64,000 nucleotides of DNA, from NCBI GenBank assembly GCA_964016885.1, contig OZ024743.1, positions 142,352,001 to 142,416,000 on the forward strand, written 5' to 3'. A program made the translations under genes and the position numbers. This document shows, one piece after another, positions 15,071-29,689 of the stretch (within the stretch, counting starts at the first letter, position 1; each line of letters starts with the position of its first letter). The DNA comes from Eledone cirrhosa (Eukaryota). Under the pieces are notes generated by a model that was given only the letters and a program-made list of their open reading frames with translations, made no database searches and was not told where the DNA came from.

Positions 15071-18000
15071 CCAAGCCCCTAGCACCAAACACCAAACACC
15101 AAGCACTAAGCACAAAACACCAAGCACCAATCACCACGCACCAAACACCAAGCATCAAGCAGCAAGCACCAAACACCAAACACCAAGCACCAAGCACCAA
15201 ATACCAAACACCAAGCACCAAGGACCAAACATCAAACACCAAGCACCAAGCACCAAACGCCTAACACCAAGCACCAAGCACCAAGCACCAAGCACCAAAC
15301 ACCAAGTACCAATCACCATACACCAAGCACCAAGCACCAAACACCAAGCACCAGGCACCAAGCACCAAACACCAAGCACCAAGCACCAAACAGCAAGCAC
15401 CAAGACCGAAGCACCAAACACCAAGCACCAAGCACAAAGCACCAAGCACCAAGCACCAAAAACCAAACACCAAGCACCAAGTACCAAACACCAAGCACTA
15501 AGAACCAAACACCAAGCACCAAGCACCAATCACCAAACACCAAGTACCAAGCACCAAACAGCAAGCACCAAGCACCAAGCACCAGGCACCAAGCACCAAG
15601 CAACAGACACAAAACACCAAGCACCAAGCACCAAGCAGCAAACACCAAGCATCAAACACCAAACACCAAACACCAAGCACCAAACACCAAGCACCAAGCA
15701 CCAAACACCAAACACCAAGCACCAAGCACCAAGCACCAAATACCAAACACCAAGCACCAAACACCAGATACCAAGCACCAAGCACCAAACACCAAACTCC
15801 AAGCACCAAGCGCCAAACACCAAACAACAAGCACCAGGCACCAAGCACCAAACACCAAACACCAAGCACCAAGCACCAAACACCAAACACCAAGCACGCA
15901 GCATCAAACACCAAGCACCAAGCACCAAGCACCAAACACCAAGCACCAAGCACCAAATACCAAGCACCAAACACAAAGCACCAAGCACCAAACACCAAGC
16001 ACCAAGCACCAAACACCAAGCACCAAGCACCAAACACCAAACCACAAGCACCAAACACCAAACCCCAAGCACCAAGCACCAAACACTAATCACCAAGCAC
16101 CAAGCACCAAGCACCAAACACCATGCACCAAGCACCAAGCACCAAAAACCAAGCACCAAGCACCAAACACCAAACACCAAGATCCAAACACCAAGCACCA
16201 AGCACCAAGCACCAACCACCCAGCACCAAGCACCAAGCACCAAACACCAAGCACCAAACACCAAGCACCAAGCACCAAGCACCAAGCACCAAGCACCAAA
16301 CACCAAACACCAAGCACTAAGCACCAAACACCAAGCCCCAAGTACCAAGCACCAAACACCAAACACCAAGCACCAAGCACCAATCACCAAACACCAAGAA
16401 CCAAGCACCAAACACCAAGCCTTTAGGACCAAGCACCAGGCACCAAGCACCAAGCACCAAACACAAAACACCAAGCACCAAGCACCAAGCAGCAAACACC
16501 AAGCATCAAACACCAAACACCAAACACCAAGCACCAAACACCAAGCACCAAGCACCAAACACCAAACACCAAGCACCAAGCACCAAGCACCAAACACCAA
16601 ACACCAAGCACCATACACCAAACACCAAACAACAAGCACCAGGCAACAAGCACCAAACACCAAACACCAAGCATGCAGCATTAAACACCAAGCACCAAGC
16701 ACCAAACACCAAGCACCAAGCACCAAGCACCAAGTACCAAACACCAAACACCAAGCACCAAACACCAAACACCAAGCACCAAGCACCAAGCACGAAACAC
16801 CAGGCACCAAGCACCAAGCACCAAACACCAAACACCAAGCACCAAACACCAGCCACCAAGCACCAAGCACCAAACACTAATCACCAAGCACCAAGCACCA
16901 AACACCAAGCACCAAGCACCAAACACCAAACCCCAACCACCATAGACCAAGCACCAAGCACCAAGGAACAAACACCAAGCACCAAGCACCAAGCACCACA
17001 CACCAAGCACCAAGCACCAAGCACTAAACAGCAAGCACCAAACACCAAACACCAAACACCAAACAGCAAACACCAAACACCAAACAGCAAACAGCAAACG
17101 CCAAACACCAAGCACCAAGCATCAAGCACCAAACACCAAGCACCAAGCACCAAGAACCAAACACCAAACACCAAACAGCAAGCACCAAGCACCAAACAGC
17201 AAGCACCAAACACCAAACCCCAAGCACCAATCACCAAACACTAATCACCAAGCACCAAGCACCAAACACCGAGCACCAAACACCAAGCACCAAGCACCAA
17301 ACACCAAACCCCAACCACCATAGACCAAGCACCAAGCACCAAAGAACAAACACCAAGCACCAAGCACCAAACACCAAGCACCAAGCACCAAACACCCAGC
17401 ACCAAGCACCAAGCATCAAACAACAAGCACCAAGCACCAAACACCAAACACCAAACACCAAGCACCAAGCACTAAACAGCAAGCACCAAACACCAAACAC
17501 CAAACAGCAAACACCAAACAGCAAACACCAAACACCAAACAGCAAACAGCAAACGCCAAACACCAAGCACCAAGCACCAAGCACCAAACACCAAGCACCA
17601 AGCACCAAGCACAAAACACCAAACACCAAGCACCAAACACCAAGCATCAAACACCAAGCACCAAGCACCAAACACCAAACACCAAGCACCAAACACCAAG
17701 CACCAAACACAAAGCACCAAACACCAAGCACCAAACACGAAACACCAAGCACCAAGCACCAAGCACCAAACACCAAGTACCAAACACCAAGCACCAAACA
17801 CCAAGTCCCACTCACCAAGCAGCAAACACCAAGCACCAAGCCCCAAGCACCAAGCACCAAGCACCAAGCACCAAGCCCCTAGCACCAAACACCAAACACC
17901 AAGCACTAAGCACAAAACACCAAGCACCAATCACCACGCACCAAACACCAAGCATCAAGCAGCAAGCACCAAACACCAAACACCAAGCACCAAGCACCAA

Positions 18001-21000
18001 ATACCAAACACTAAGCACCAAGGACCAAACATCAAACACCAAGCACCAAGCACCAAACGCCTAACACCAAGCACCAAGCACCAAGCACCAAGCACCAAAC
18101 ACCAAGTACCAATCACCATACACCAAGCACCAAGCACCAAACACCAAGCACCAGGCACCAAGCACCAAACACCAAGCACCAAGCACCAAACAGCAAGCAC
18201 CAAGACCGAAGCACCAAACACCAAGCACCAAGCACAAAGCACCAAGCACCAAGCACCAAAAACCAAACACCAAGCACCAAGTACCAAACACCAAGCACTA
18301 AGAACCAAACACCAAGCACCAAGCACCAATCACCAAACACCAAGTACCAAGCACCAAACAGCAAGCACCAAGCACCAAGCACCAGGCACCAAGCACCAAG
18401 CAACAGACACAAAACACCAAGCACCAAGCACCAAGCAGCAAACACCAAGCATCAAACACCAAACACCAAACACCAAGCACCAAACACCAAGCACCAAGCA
18501 CCAAACACCAAACACCAAGCACCAAGCACCAAGCACCAAATACCAAACACCAAGCACCAAACACCAGATACCAAGCACCAAGCACCAAACACCAAACTCC
18601 AAGCACCAAGCGCCAAACACCAAACAACAAGCACCAGGCACCAAGCACCAAACACCAAACACCAAGCACCAAGCACCAAACACCAAACACCAAGCACGCA
18701 GCATCAAACACCAAGCACCAAGCACCAAGCACCAAGCACCAAACACCAAGCACCAAGCACCAAGCCCCAAGCAGCAAGCACAAAACACCAAGCAACAAGC
18801 ACCAAATACCAAGCACCAAAAAATAAGCACCAAACACCAAACACCAAGCACCAAGCACCAAGCACCAAACACCAAACACCAAGCACCATACACCAAACAC
18901 CAAGCACCAAGCACCAAACACCAAACAACAAGCACCAGGCAACAAGCACCAAACACCAAACACCAAGCATGCAGCATTAAACACCAAGCACCAAGCACCA
19001 AACACCAAGCACCAAGCACCAAGCACCAAGTACCAAACACCAAACACCAAGCACCAAACACCAAACACCAAGCACCAAGCACCAAGCACGAAACACCAGG
19101 CACCAAGCACCAAGCACCAAACACCAAACACCAAGCACCAAACACCAGCCACCAAGCACCAAGCACCAAACACTAATCACCAAGCACCAAGCACCAAACA
19201 CCAAGCACCAAGCACCAAACACCAAACCCCAACCACCATAGACCAAGCACCAAGCACCAAGGAACAAACACCAAGCACCAAGCACCAAGCACCACACACC
19301 AAGCACCAAGCACCAAGCACTAAACAGCAAGCACCAAACACCAAACACCAAACAACAAACACCAAACAGCAAACACCAAACACCAAACAGCAAACAGCAA
19401 ACGCCAAACACCAAGCACCAAGCATCAAGCACCAAACACCAAGCACCAAGCACCAAGAACCAAACACCAAACACCAAACAGCAAGCACCAAGCACCAAAC
19501 AGCAAGCACCAAACACCAAACCCCAAGCACCAATCACCAAACACTAATCACCAAGCACCAAGCACCAAACACCGAGCACCAAACACCAAGCACCAAGCAC
19601 CAAACACCAAACCCCAACCACCATAGACCAAGCACCAAGCACCAAAGAACAAACACCAAGCACCAAGCACCAAACACCAAGCACCAAGCACCAAACACCC
19701 AGCACCAAGCACCAAGCATCAAACAACAAGCACCAAGCACCAAACACCAAACACCAAACACCAAGCACCAAGCACTAAACAGCAAGCACCAAACACCAAA
19801 CACCAAACAGCAAACACCAAACAGCAAACACCAAACACCAAACAGCAAACAGCAAACGCCAAACACCAAGCACCAAGCACCAAGCACCAAACACCAAGCA
19901 CCAAGCACCAAGCACAAAACACCAAACACCAAGCACCAAACACCAAGCATCAAACACCAAGCACCAAGCACCAAACACCAAACACCAAGCACCAAACACC
20001 AAGCACCAAACACAAAGCACCAAACACCAAGCACCAAACACGAAACACCAAGCACCAAGCACCAAGCACCAAGCCCCTAGCACCAAACACCAAACACCAA
20101 GCACTAAGCACAAAACACCAAGCACCAATCACCACGCACCAAACACCAAGCATCAAGCAGCAAGCACCAAACACCAAACACCAAGCACCAAGCACCAAAT
20201 ACCAAACACTAAGCACCAAGGACCAAACATCAAACACCAAGCACCAAGCACCAAACGCCTAACACCAAGCACCAAGCACCAAGCACCAAGCACCAAACAC
20301 CAAGTACCAATCACCATACACCAAGCACCAAGCACCAAACACCAAGCACCAGGCACCAAGCACCAAACACCAAGCACCAAGCACCAAACAGCAAGCACCA
20401 AGACCGAAGCACCAAACACCAAGCACCAAGCACAAAGCACCAAGCACCAAGCACCAAAAACCAAACACCAAGCACCAAGTACCAAACACCAAGCACTAAG
20501 AACCAAACACCAAGCACCAAGCACCAATCACCAAACACCAAGTACCAAGCACCAAACAGCAAGCACCAAGCACCAAGCACCAGGCACCAAGCACCAAGCA
20601 ACAGACACAAAACACCAAGCACCAAGCACCAAGCAGCAAACACCAAGCATCAAACACCAAACACCAAACACCAAGCACCAAACACCAAGCACCAAGCACC
20701 AAACACCAAACACCAAGCACCAAGCACCAAGCACCAAATACCAAACACCAAGCACCAAACACCAGATACCAAGCACCAAGCACCAAACACCAAACTCCAA
20801 GCACCAAGCGCCAAACACCAAACAACAAGCACCAGGCACCAAGCACCAAACACCAAACACCAAGCACCAAGCACCAAACACCAAACACCAAGCACGCAGC
20901 ATCAAACACCAAGCACCAAGCACCAAGCACCAAGCACCAAACACCAAGCACCAAGCACCAAGCCCCAAGCAGCAAGCACAAAACACCAAGCAACAAGCAC

Positions 21001-23330
21001 CAAATACCAAGCACCAAAAAATAAGCACCAAACACCAAACACCAAGCACCAAGCACCAAGCACCAAACACCAAACACCAAGCACCATACACCAAACACCA
21101 AGCACCAAGCACCAAACACCAAACAACAAGCACCAGGCAACAAGCACCAAACACCAAACACCAAGCATGCAGCATTAAACACCAAGCACCAAGCACCAAA
21201 CACCAAGCACCAAGCACCAAGCACCAAGTACCAAACACCAAACACCAAGCACCAAACACCAAACACCAAGCACCAAGCACCAAGCACGAAACACCAGGCA
21301 CCAAGCACCAAGCACCAAACACCAAACACCAAGCACCAAACACCAGCCACCAAGCACCAAGCACCAAACACTAATCACCAAGCACCAAGCACCAAACACC
21401 AAGCACCAAGCACCAAACACCAAACCCCAACCACCATAGACCAAGCACCAAGCACCAAGGAACAAACACCAAGCACCAAGCACCAAGCACCACACACCAA
21501 GCACCAAGCACCAAGCACTAAACAGCAAGCACCAAACACCAAACACCAAACAACAAACACCAAACAGCAAACACCAAACACCAAACAGCAAACAGCAAAC
21601 GCCAAACACCAAGCACCAAGCATCAAGCACCAAACACCAAGCACCAAGCACCAAGAACCAAACACCAAACACCAAACAGCAAGCACCAAGCACCAAACAG
21701 CAAGCACCAAACACCAAACCCCAAGCACCAATCACCAAACACTAATCACCAAGCACCAAGCACCAAACACCGAGCACCAAACACCAAGCACCAAGCACCA
21801 AACACCAAACCCCAACCACCATAGACCAAGCACCAAGCACCAAAGAACAAACACCAAGCACCAAGCACCAAACACCAAGCACCAAGCACCAAACACCCAG
21901 CACCAAGCACCAAGCATCAAACAACAAGCACCAAGCACCAAACACCAAACACCAAACACCAAGCACCAAGCACTAAACAGCAAGCACCAAACACCAAACA
22001 CCAAACAGCAAACACCAAACAGCAAACACCAAACACCAAACAGCAAACAGCAAACGCCAAACACCAAGCACCAAGCACCAAGCACCAAACACCAAGCACC
22101 AAGCACCAAGCACAAAACACCAAACACCAAGCACCAAACACCAAGCATCAAACACCAAGCACCAAGCACCAAACACCAAACACCAAGCACCAAACACCAA
22201 GCACCAAACACAAAGCACCAAACACCAAGCACCAAACACGAAACACCAAGCACCAAGCACCAAGCACCAAACACCAAGTACCAAACACCAAGCACCAAAC
22301 ACCAAGTCCCACTCACCAAGCAGCAAACACCAAGCACCAAGCCCCAAGCACCAAGCACCAAGCACCAAGCACCAAGCCCCTAGCACCAAACACCAAACAC
22401 CAAGCACTAAGCACAAAACACCAAGCACCAATCACCACGCACCAAACACCAAGCATCAAGCAGCAAGCACCAAACACCAAACACCAAGCACCAAGCACCA
22501 AATACCAAACACCAAGCACCAAGGACCAAACATCAAACACCAAGCACCAAGCACCAAACGCCTAACACCAAGCACCAAGCACCAAGCACCAAGCACCAAA
22601 CACCAAGTACCAATCACCATACACCAAGCACCAAGCACCAAACACCAAGCACCAGGCACCAAGCACCAAACACCAAGCACCAAGCACCAAACAGCAAGCA
22701 CCAAGACCGAAGCACCAAACACCAAGCACCAAGCACAAAGCACCAAGCACCAAGCACCAAAAACCAAACACCAAGCACCAAGTACCAAACACCAAGCACT
22801 AAGAACCAAACACCAAGCACCAAGCACCAATCACCAAACACCAAGTACCAAGCACCAAACAGCAAGCACCAAGCACCAAGCACCAGGCACCAAGCACCAA
22901 GCAACAGACACAAAACACCAAGCACCAAGCACCAAGCAGCAAACACCAAGCATCAAACACCAAACACCAAACACCAAGCACCAAACACCAAGCACCAAGC
23001 ACCAAACACCAAACACCAAGCACCAAGCACCAAGCACCAAATACCAAACACCAAGCACCAAACACCAGATACCAAGCACCAAGCACCAAACACCAAACTC
23101 CAAGCACCAAGCGCCAAACACCAAACAACAAGCACCAGGCACCAAGCACCAAACACCAAACACCAAGCACCAAGCACCAAACACCAAACACCAAGCACGC
23201 AGCATCAAACACCAAGCACCAAGCACCAAGCACCAAGCACCAAACACCAAGCACCAAGCACCAAGCCCCAAGCAGCAAGCACCAAACACCAAGCAACAAG
23301 CACCAAATACCAAGCACCAAAAAATAAGCA
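14050..23330. repeat. Higher-order repeat run of ~4 related units with periods 2800, 2198 and 2303 bp (400, 314, 329 monomers)
   Basis: CAAGACCGAAG at 15401, 18201, 20399, 22702. GATACC at 15767, 18567, 20765, 23068. Matching ORFs 15155..15529, 17955..18329, 20153..20527, 22456..22830. Confidence 0.95.
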
Positions 23331-26300
23331 CCAAGCACCAAACACCAAGCACCAAGCACCAAACACCAACCACCCGGCACCAAGCACCAAGCACTAAACA
23401 CCAAGCACCAAACACCAAACACCAAGCACCAAGCACCAAGCGCCAAGCACCAAACACCAAGCACCAAGCACTAAGCACCAAACACCAAGCCCCAAGCAGC
23501 AAGCACCAAACACCAAACACCAAGCACCAAGAACCAAACACCAAGCACCAAGCACCAAGCATCTAGCACCAAACACCAAACACCAAGCACCAAGCACCAA
23601 ACACCAAGCACCAATCACCAAGCACCAAACACCAAGCAGCAAGCACCAAGCACCAAGCACCAAACACCAAGCACCAGGCACCAAGCACCAAACACCAAGC
23701 ACCATGCACCAAGCACCATGCCCCAAACACTTAACACCAAGCACCAAGCACCAAACACCAAGCACCAAAAACCAAACACCAAGCACCAACTACTAAACAC
23801 CAAGCACCAAGCACCAAACTCCAAACACCAAGCACCAAGCACCAAACAACAAGCACCCAGCACCAAACACCAAACACCAAGCGCGCAGCATCAAACACCA
23901 AGCACCAAGCACCAAGCACCAAACACCAAGCACCAAGACCCAAGCACCAAAAACCAAACAACAAGCACCAGGCCCCAAGCACCTAACACGAAACACCATG
24001 CACGCATCACCAAGCACCAAGCACCAAACACCAAACACCAAACACCAAGCACCAAGAACCAAACACCAAACACCAAACAGCAAGCACCAAGCACCAAACA
24101 CCAAGCACCAAACACCAAACACCAAGCACCAATCACAAAACACTAATCACCAAGCACCAAGCACCAAACACCGAGCACCAAGCATCAAGCACCAAACACC
24201 AAGCACCAAGCACCAAGAACCAAGCACCAAACACCAAGCACCAAGCACCAAACACCAAACCCCAAGCACCAAAGACCAAGCACCAAGCACCAAGGACCAA
24301 ACACCAAGCACCAAGGACCAAGCAACAAACACCAAGCACCAAGCACCAAACACCCAGCACCAAGCACCAAGCACCAAACACCAAACACCAAGCACACAGC
24401 ATCAAACACCAAGCACCAAGCACCAAGCACCAAACACCAGGCACCAAGCACCAAGTACCAAACACCAACCACCAAGCACCAAACACCAAACACCAAGCAC
24501 CAAGCACCAAGCACGTAACACCAGGCACCAAGCACCATGTACCAAACACCAAACACCAAGCACCAAACACCAGCCACCCAGCACCAAGCACCAAACACCA
24601 AACACCAAGCACTAAGCACCAAACACCAAACAGCAAGCACCAGGCACCAAGCACCAAACACCAAACACCAAGCATGCAGCACCAAACACCAAGCACCAAA
24701 CACCAAGCACCAAACACCAAGCACCAAGCACCAAACACCAAACACCAAGCACCAAGCACCAAGAATCAAACACCAAACACCAAGCAGCAAGCACCAAGCA
24801 CCAAACACCAAGCACCAAACACCAAACACCAAGCACTAAGCACCAAACACCAAACAACAAGCACCAGGCACCAAGCACCAAACACCAAACACCAAGCACG
24901 CAGCACCAAACACCAAGCACCAAGCACCAAGCACCAAACACCAAGCACCAAGCACCAAGCACCAAACACCAAACACCAAACACCAAGCACCAAGAACCAA
25001 ACACCAAACACCAAACAGCAGGCACCAAGCACCAAACACCAAGCACCAATCACCAAACACTAATCACCAAGCACCAAGCCCCAAACACCAAGCACCAAGC
25101 AGCAAACACCAAACACCAAGCACCAAGCACCAAACACCAAGCACCAAACACCAAGCACCAAGCACCAAACACCAAACCCCAAGCACCAAAGACCAAGCAC
25201 CAAGCACCAAGCCCCAAACACCAAGCACCAAGCAGCAAGCACCAAAAACCAAGCACCAAGCACCAAACACCAAGCACCAAACACCAAGCATCAAACACCA
25301 AACACCAAACACCAAGCACCAAACACCAAGCACCAAGCACCAAACACCAAACACCAAGCACCAAGCACCAAACAACAAACACCAAGCACCAAACACCAGA
25401 TATCAAGCACCAAGCACCAAACACCAAACACCAAGCACCAAACACAAAACAACAAGCACCAGGCACCAAGCACCAAACACCAAACACCAAGCACCAAGCA
25501 CCAAACACCAAACACCAAGCACGCAGCATCAAACACCAAGCACCAAGCACCAAGCACCAAACACCAAGCACCAAGCACCAAACACCAAGCACCAAACACA
25601 AAGCACCAAGCACCAAACACCAAGCACCAAGCACCAAACACCAAGCACCAAGCACCAAACACCAAACCACAAGCACCAAACACCAAACCCCAAGCACCAA
25701 GCACCAAACACTAATCACCACGCACCAAGCACCAAACAACAAGCACCAAGCACCAAGCACCAGGCACCAAGCACCAAGCACCAAACACTAATCACCAAGC
25801 ACCAAGCACCAAGCACCAAACACCAAGCACCAAGCCCCAAGCACAAAACACCAAGCACCAAGCACCAAACACCAAACACCAAGCACCAAAGACCAAGCAC
25901 GAAGCACCAAGCACCAAGTACCAAACAATAAGCACCAAGCACCAAGCACCAAACACCAAGCACCAAGCACCAAACACCAACCACCCAGCACCAAGCACCA
26001 AGCACCAAACACCAGGCACCAAACACTAAACACCAAACACCAAGCACCAAGCACCAAGCACCAAACACCAAGCACCAAGCACTAAGCACCAAACACCAAG
26101 CCCCAAGTACCAAGCACCAAACACCAAACACCAAGCAACAAGCACCAAACACCAAGCACCAAGCACCATGCACCTAGCACCAAACACCAAACACCAAGCA
26201 CTAAGCACCAAACACCAAGCACCAATCACCAAGCACCAAACACCAAGCAGCAAGCAGCAAGCACCAAACACCAAACACCAAGCACCAAGCACCAAACACC

Positions 26301-26539
26301 AAGCACCAAGGACCAAACATCAAACACCAAGCACCAAGCACCAAACACCTAACACCAAGCACCAAGCACCAAGCACCAAGCACCGAACACCAAGCACATA
26401 ACACCAAGCACCAAACACCAAGCACCAAGCACCAAACACCAAGCACCAAACACCAAGCACCAAGCACCAAGCACCAAGCACCAAACCCCAAGCACCAGGC
26501 ACCAAGCACCAAAACACCAAGCACCATGCACCAAGCACC

Positions 26540-29240
26540 AAGCACCAAACACTTAACACCAAGCACCAAGCACCAAGCACCAAACACCAATCACCAAAAA
26601 CCAAACACCAAGCACCAAGTACCAAACACCAAGCACCAAGCACCAAACACCAAGCACCAAGCACCAATCACCAAACACCAAGAACCAAGCACCATCCATC
26701 AATCACCAAGCACCAAGCACCAGGCACCAAGCACCAAGCACCAAACACAAAACACCAAGCACCAAGCAGCAAGCAGCAAACACCAAGCATCAAACACCAA
26801 ACACCAAACACCAAGCACCAAACACCAAGCACCAAGCACCAAACACCAAACACCAAGCACCAAGCACCAAGCACCAAACAACAAACACCAAGCACCAAAC
26901 ACCAGATATCAAGCACCAAGCACCAAACACCAAACACCAAGCACCAGGCACCAAGCACCAAACACCAAACACCAAGCACCAAGCACCAAACACCAAACAC
27001 CAAGCACGCAGCATCAAACACCAAGCACCAAGCACCAAACACCAGGCACCAAGCACCAAACACCAAGCACCAAACACAAAGCACCAAGCACCAAACACCA
27101 AGCACCAAGCACCAAACACCAAGCACCAAGCACCAAACACCAAACCACAAGCACCAAACACCAAACCACCAGCACCAAGCACCAAACACTAATCATCAAG
27201 CACCAAGCACCAAACAACAAGCACCAAGCACCAAGCACCAGGCACCAAGCACCAAGCACCAAACACTAATCACCAAGCACCAAGCCCCAAACACTTAACA
27301 CCAAGCACCAAGCACCAAGCACCAAACACCAATCACCAAAAACCAAACACCAAGCACCAAGTACCAAACACCAAGCACCAAGCACCAAACACCAAGCACC
27401 AAGCACCAATCACCAAACACCAAGAACCAAGCACCATCCATCAATCACCAAGCACCAAGCACCAGGCACCAAGCACCAAGCACCAAACACAAAACACCAA
27501 GCACCAAGCAGCAAGCAGCAAACACCAAGTATCAAACACCAAACACCAAACACCAAGCACCAAACACCAAGCACCAAGCACCAAACACCAAACACCAAGC
27601 ACCAAGCACCAAGCACCAAACAACAAACACCAAGCACCAAACACCAGATATCAAGCACCAAGCACCAAACACCAAACACCAAGCACCAGGCACCAAGCAC
27701 CAAACACCAAACACCAAGCACCAAGCACCAAACACCAAACACCAAGCACGCAGCATCAAACACCAAGCACCAAGCACCAAGCACCAAACACCAGGCACCA
27801 AGCACCAAACACCAAGCACCAAACACAAAGCACCAAACACCAAGCACCAAGCACCAAACACCAAGCACCAAGCACCAATCACCAAACACCAAGAACCAAG
27901 CACCATCCATCAATCACCAAGCACCAGGCACCAAGCACCAAGCACCAAACACAAAACACCAAGCACCAAGCAGCAAGCAGCAAACACCAAGCATCAAACA
28001 CCAAACACCAAACACCAAGCACCAAACACCAAGCACCAAGCACCAAACACCAAACACCAAGCACCAAGCACCAAGCACCAAACAACAAACACCAAGCACC
28101 AAACACCAGATATCAAGCACCAAGCACCAAACACCAAACACCAAGCACCAGGCACCAAGCACCAAACACCAAACACCAAGCACCAAGCACCAAACACCAA
28201 ACACCAAGCACGCAGCATCAAACACCAAGCACCAAGCACCAAGCACCAAACACCAGGCACCAAGCACCAAACACCAAGCACCAAACACAAAGCACCAAGC
28301 ACCAAACACCAAGCACCAAGCACCAAACACCAAGCACCAAGCACCAAACACCAAACCACAAGCACCAAACACCAAACCACCAGCACCAAGCACCAAACAC
28401 TAATCATCAAGCACCAAGCACCAAACAACAAGCACCAATCACCAAGCACCAGGCACCAAGCACCAAGCACCAAACACTAATCACCAAGCACCAAGCCCCA
28501 AACACTTAACACCAAGCACCAAGCACCAAGCACCAAACACCAATCACCAAAAACCAAACACCAAGCACCAAGTACCAAACACCAAGCACCAAGCACCAAA
28601 CACCAAGCACCAAGCACCAATCACCAAACACCAAGAACCAAGCACCATCCATCAATCACCAAGCACCAAGCACCAGGCACCAAGCACCAAGCACCAAACA
28701 CAAAACACCAAGCACCAAGCAGCAAGCAGCAAACACCAAGCATCAAACACCAAACACCAAACACCAAGCACCAAACACCAAGCACCAAGCACCAAACACC
28801 AAACACCAAGCACCAAGCACCAAGCACCAAACAACAAACACCAAGAACCAAACACCAGATATCAAGCACCAAGCACCAAACACCAAACACCAAGCACCAG
28901 GCACCAAGCACCAAACACCAAACACCAAGCACCAAGCACCAAGCACCAAACACCAAACACCAAGCACGCAGCATCAAACACCAAGCACCAAGCACCAAGC
29001 ACCAAACACCAGGCACCAAGCACCAAACACCAAGCACCAAACACAAAGCACCAAGCACCAAACACCAAGCACCAAGCACCAAACACCAAGCACCAAGCAC
29101 CAAACACCAAACCACAAGCACCAAACACCAAACCACCAGCACCAAGCACCAAACACTAATCACCAAGCACCAAGCACCAAACAACAAGCACCAAGCACCA
29201 AGCACCAGGCACCAAGCACCAAGCACCAAACACTAATCAC
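26540..29240. repeat. Four-copy higher-order repeat, spacings 742, 462 and 749 bp (106, 66, 107 monomers)
   Basis: GATATC at 26905, 27647, 28109, 28858. The private variant CACCATC-CATCAAT is present in all four copies (~26690, ~27432, ~27901, ~28643). Confidence 0.92.
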
Positions 29241-29689
29241 CAAGCACCAAGCACCAAGCACCAAACACCATGCACCAAGCACCAAGCACCAAAAACCAAG
29301 CACCAAGCACCAAACACCAAACACCAAGATCCAAAGACCAAGCACCAAGCACCAAGAACCAACCACCCAGCACCAAGCTCCAAGCACCAAACACCAAGCA
29401 CCAAACACCAAACACCAAGCACCAAGCACCAAGCACCAAGCACCAAGCACCAAACACCAAGCACCAAGCACTAAGCACCAAACACCAAGCCCCAAGTACC
29501 AAGCACCAAACACCAAACACCAAGCACCAAGCACCAATCACCAAACACCAAGAACCAAGCACCAAACACCAAGCCCCTAGGACCAAGCACCAGGCACCAA
29601 GCACCAAGCACCAAACACAAAACACCAAGCACCAAGCACCAAGCAGCAAACACCAAGCATCAAACACCAAACACCAAACACCAAGCACC

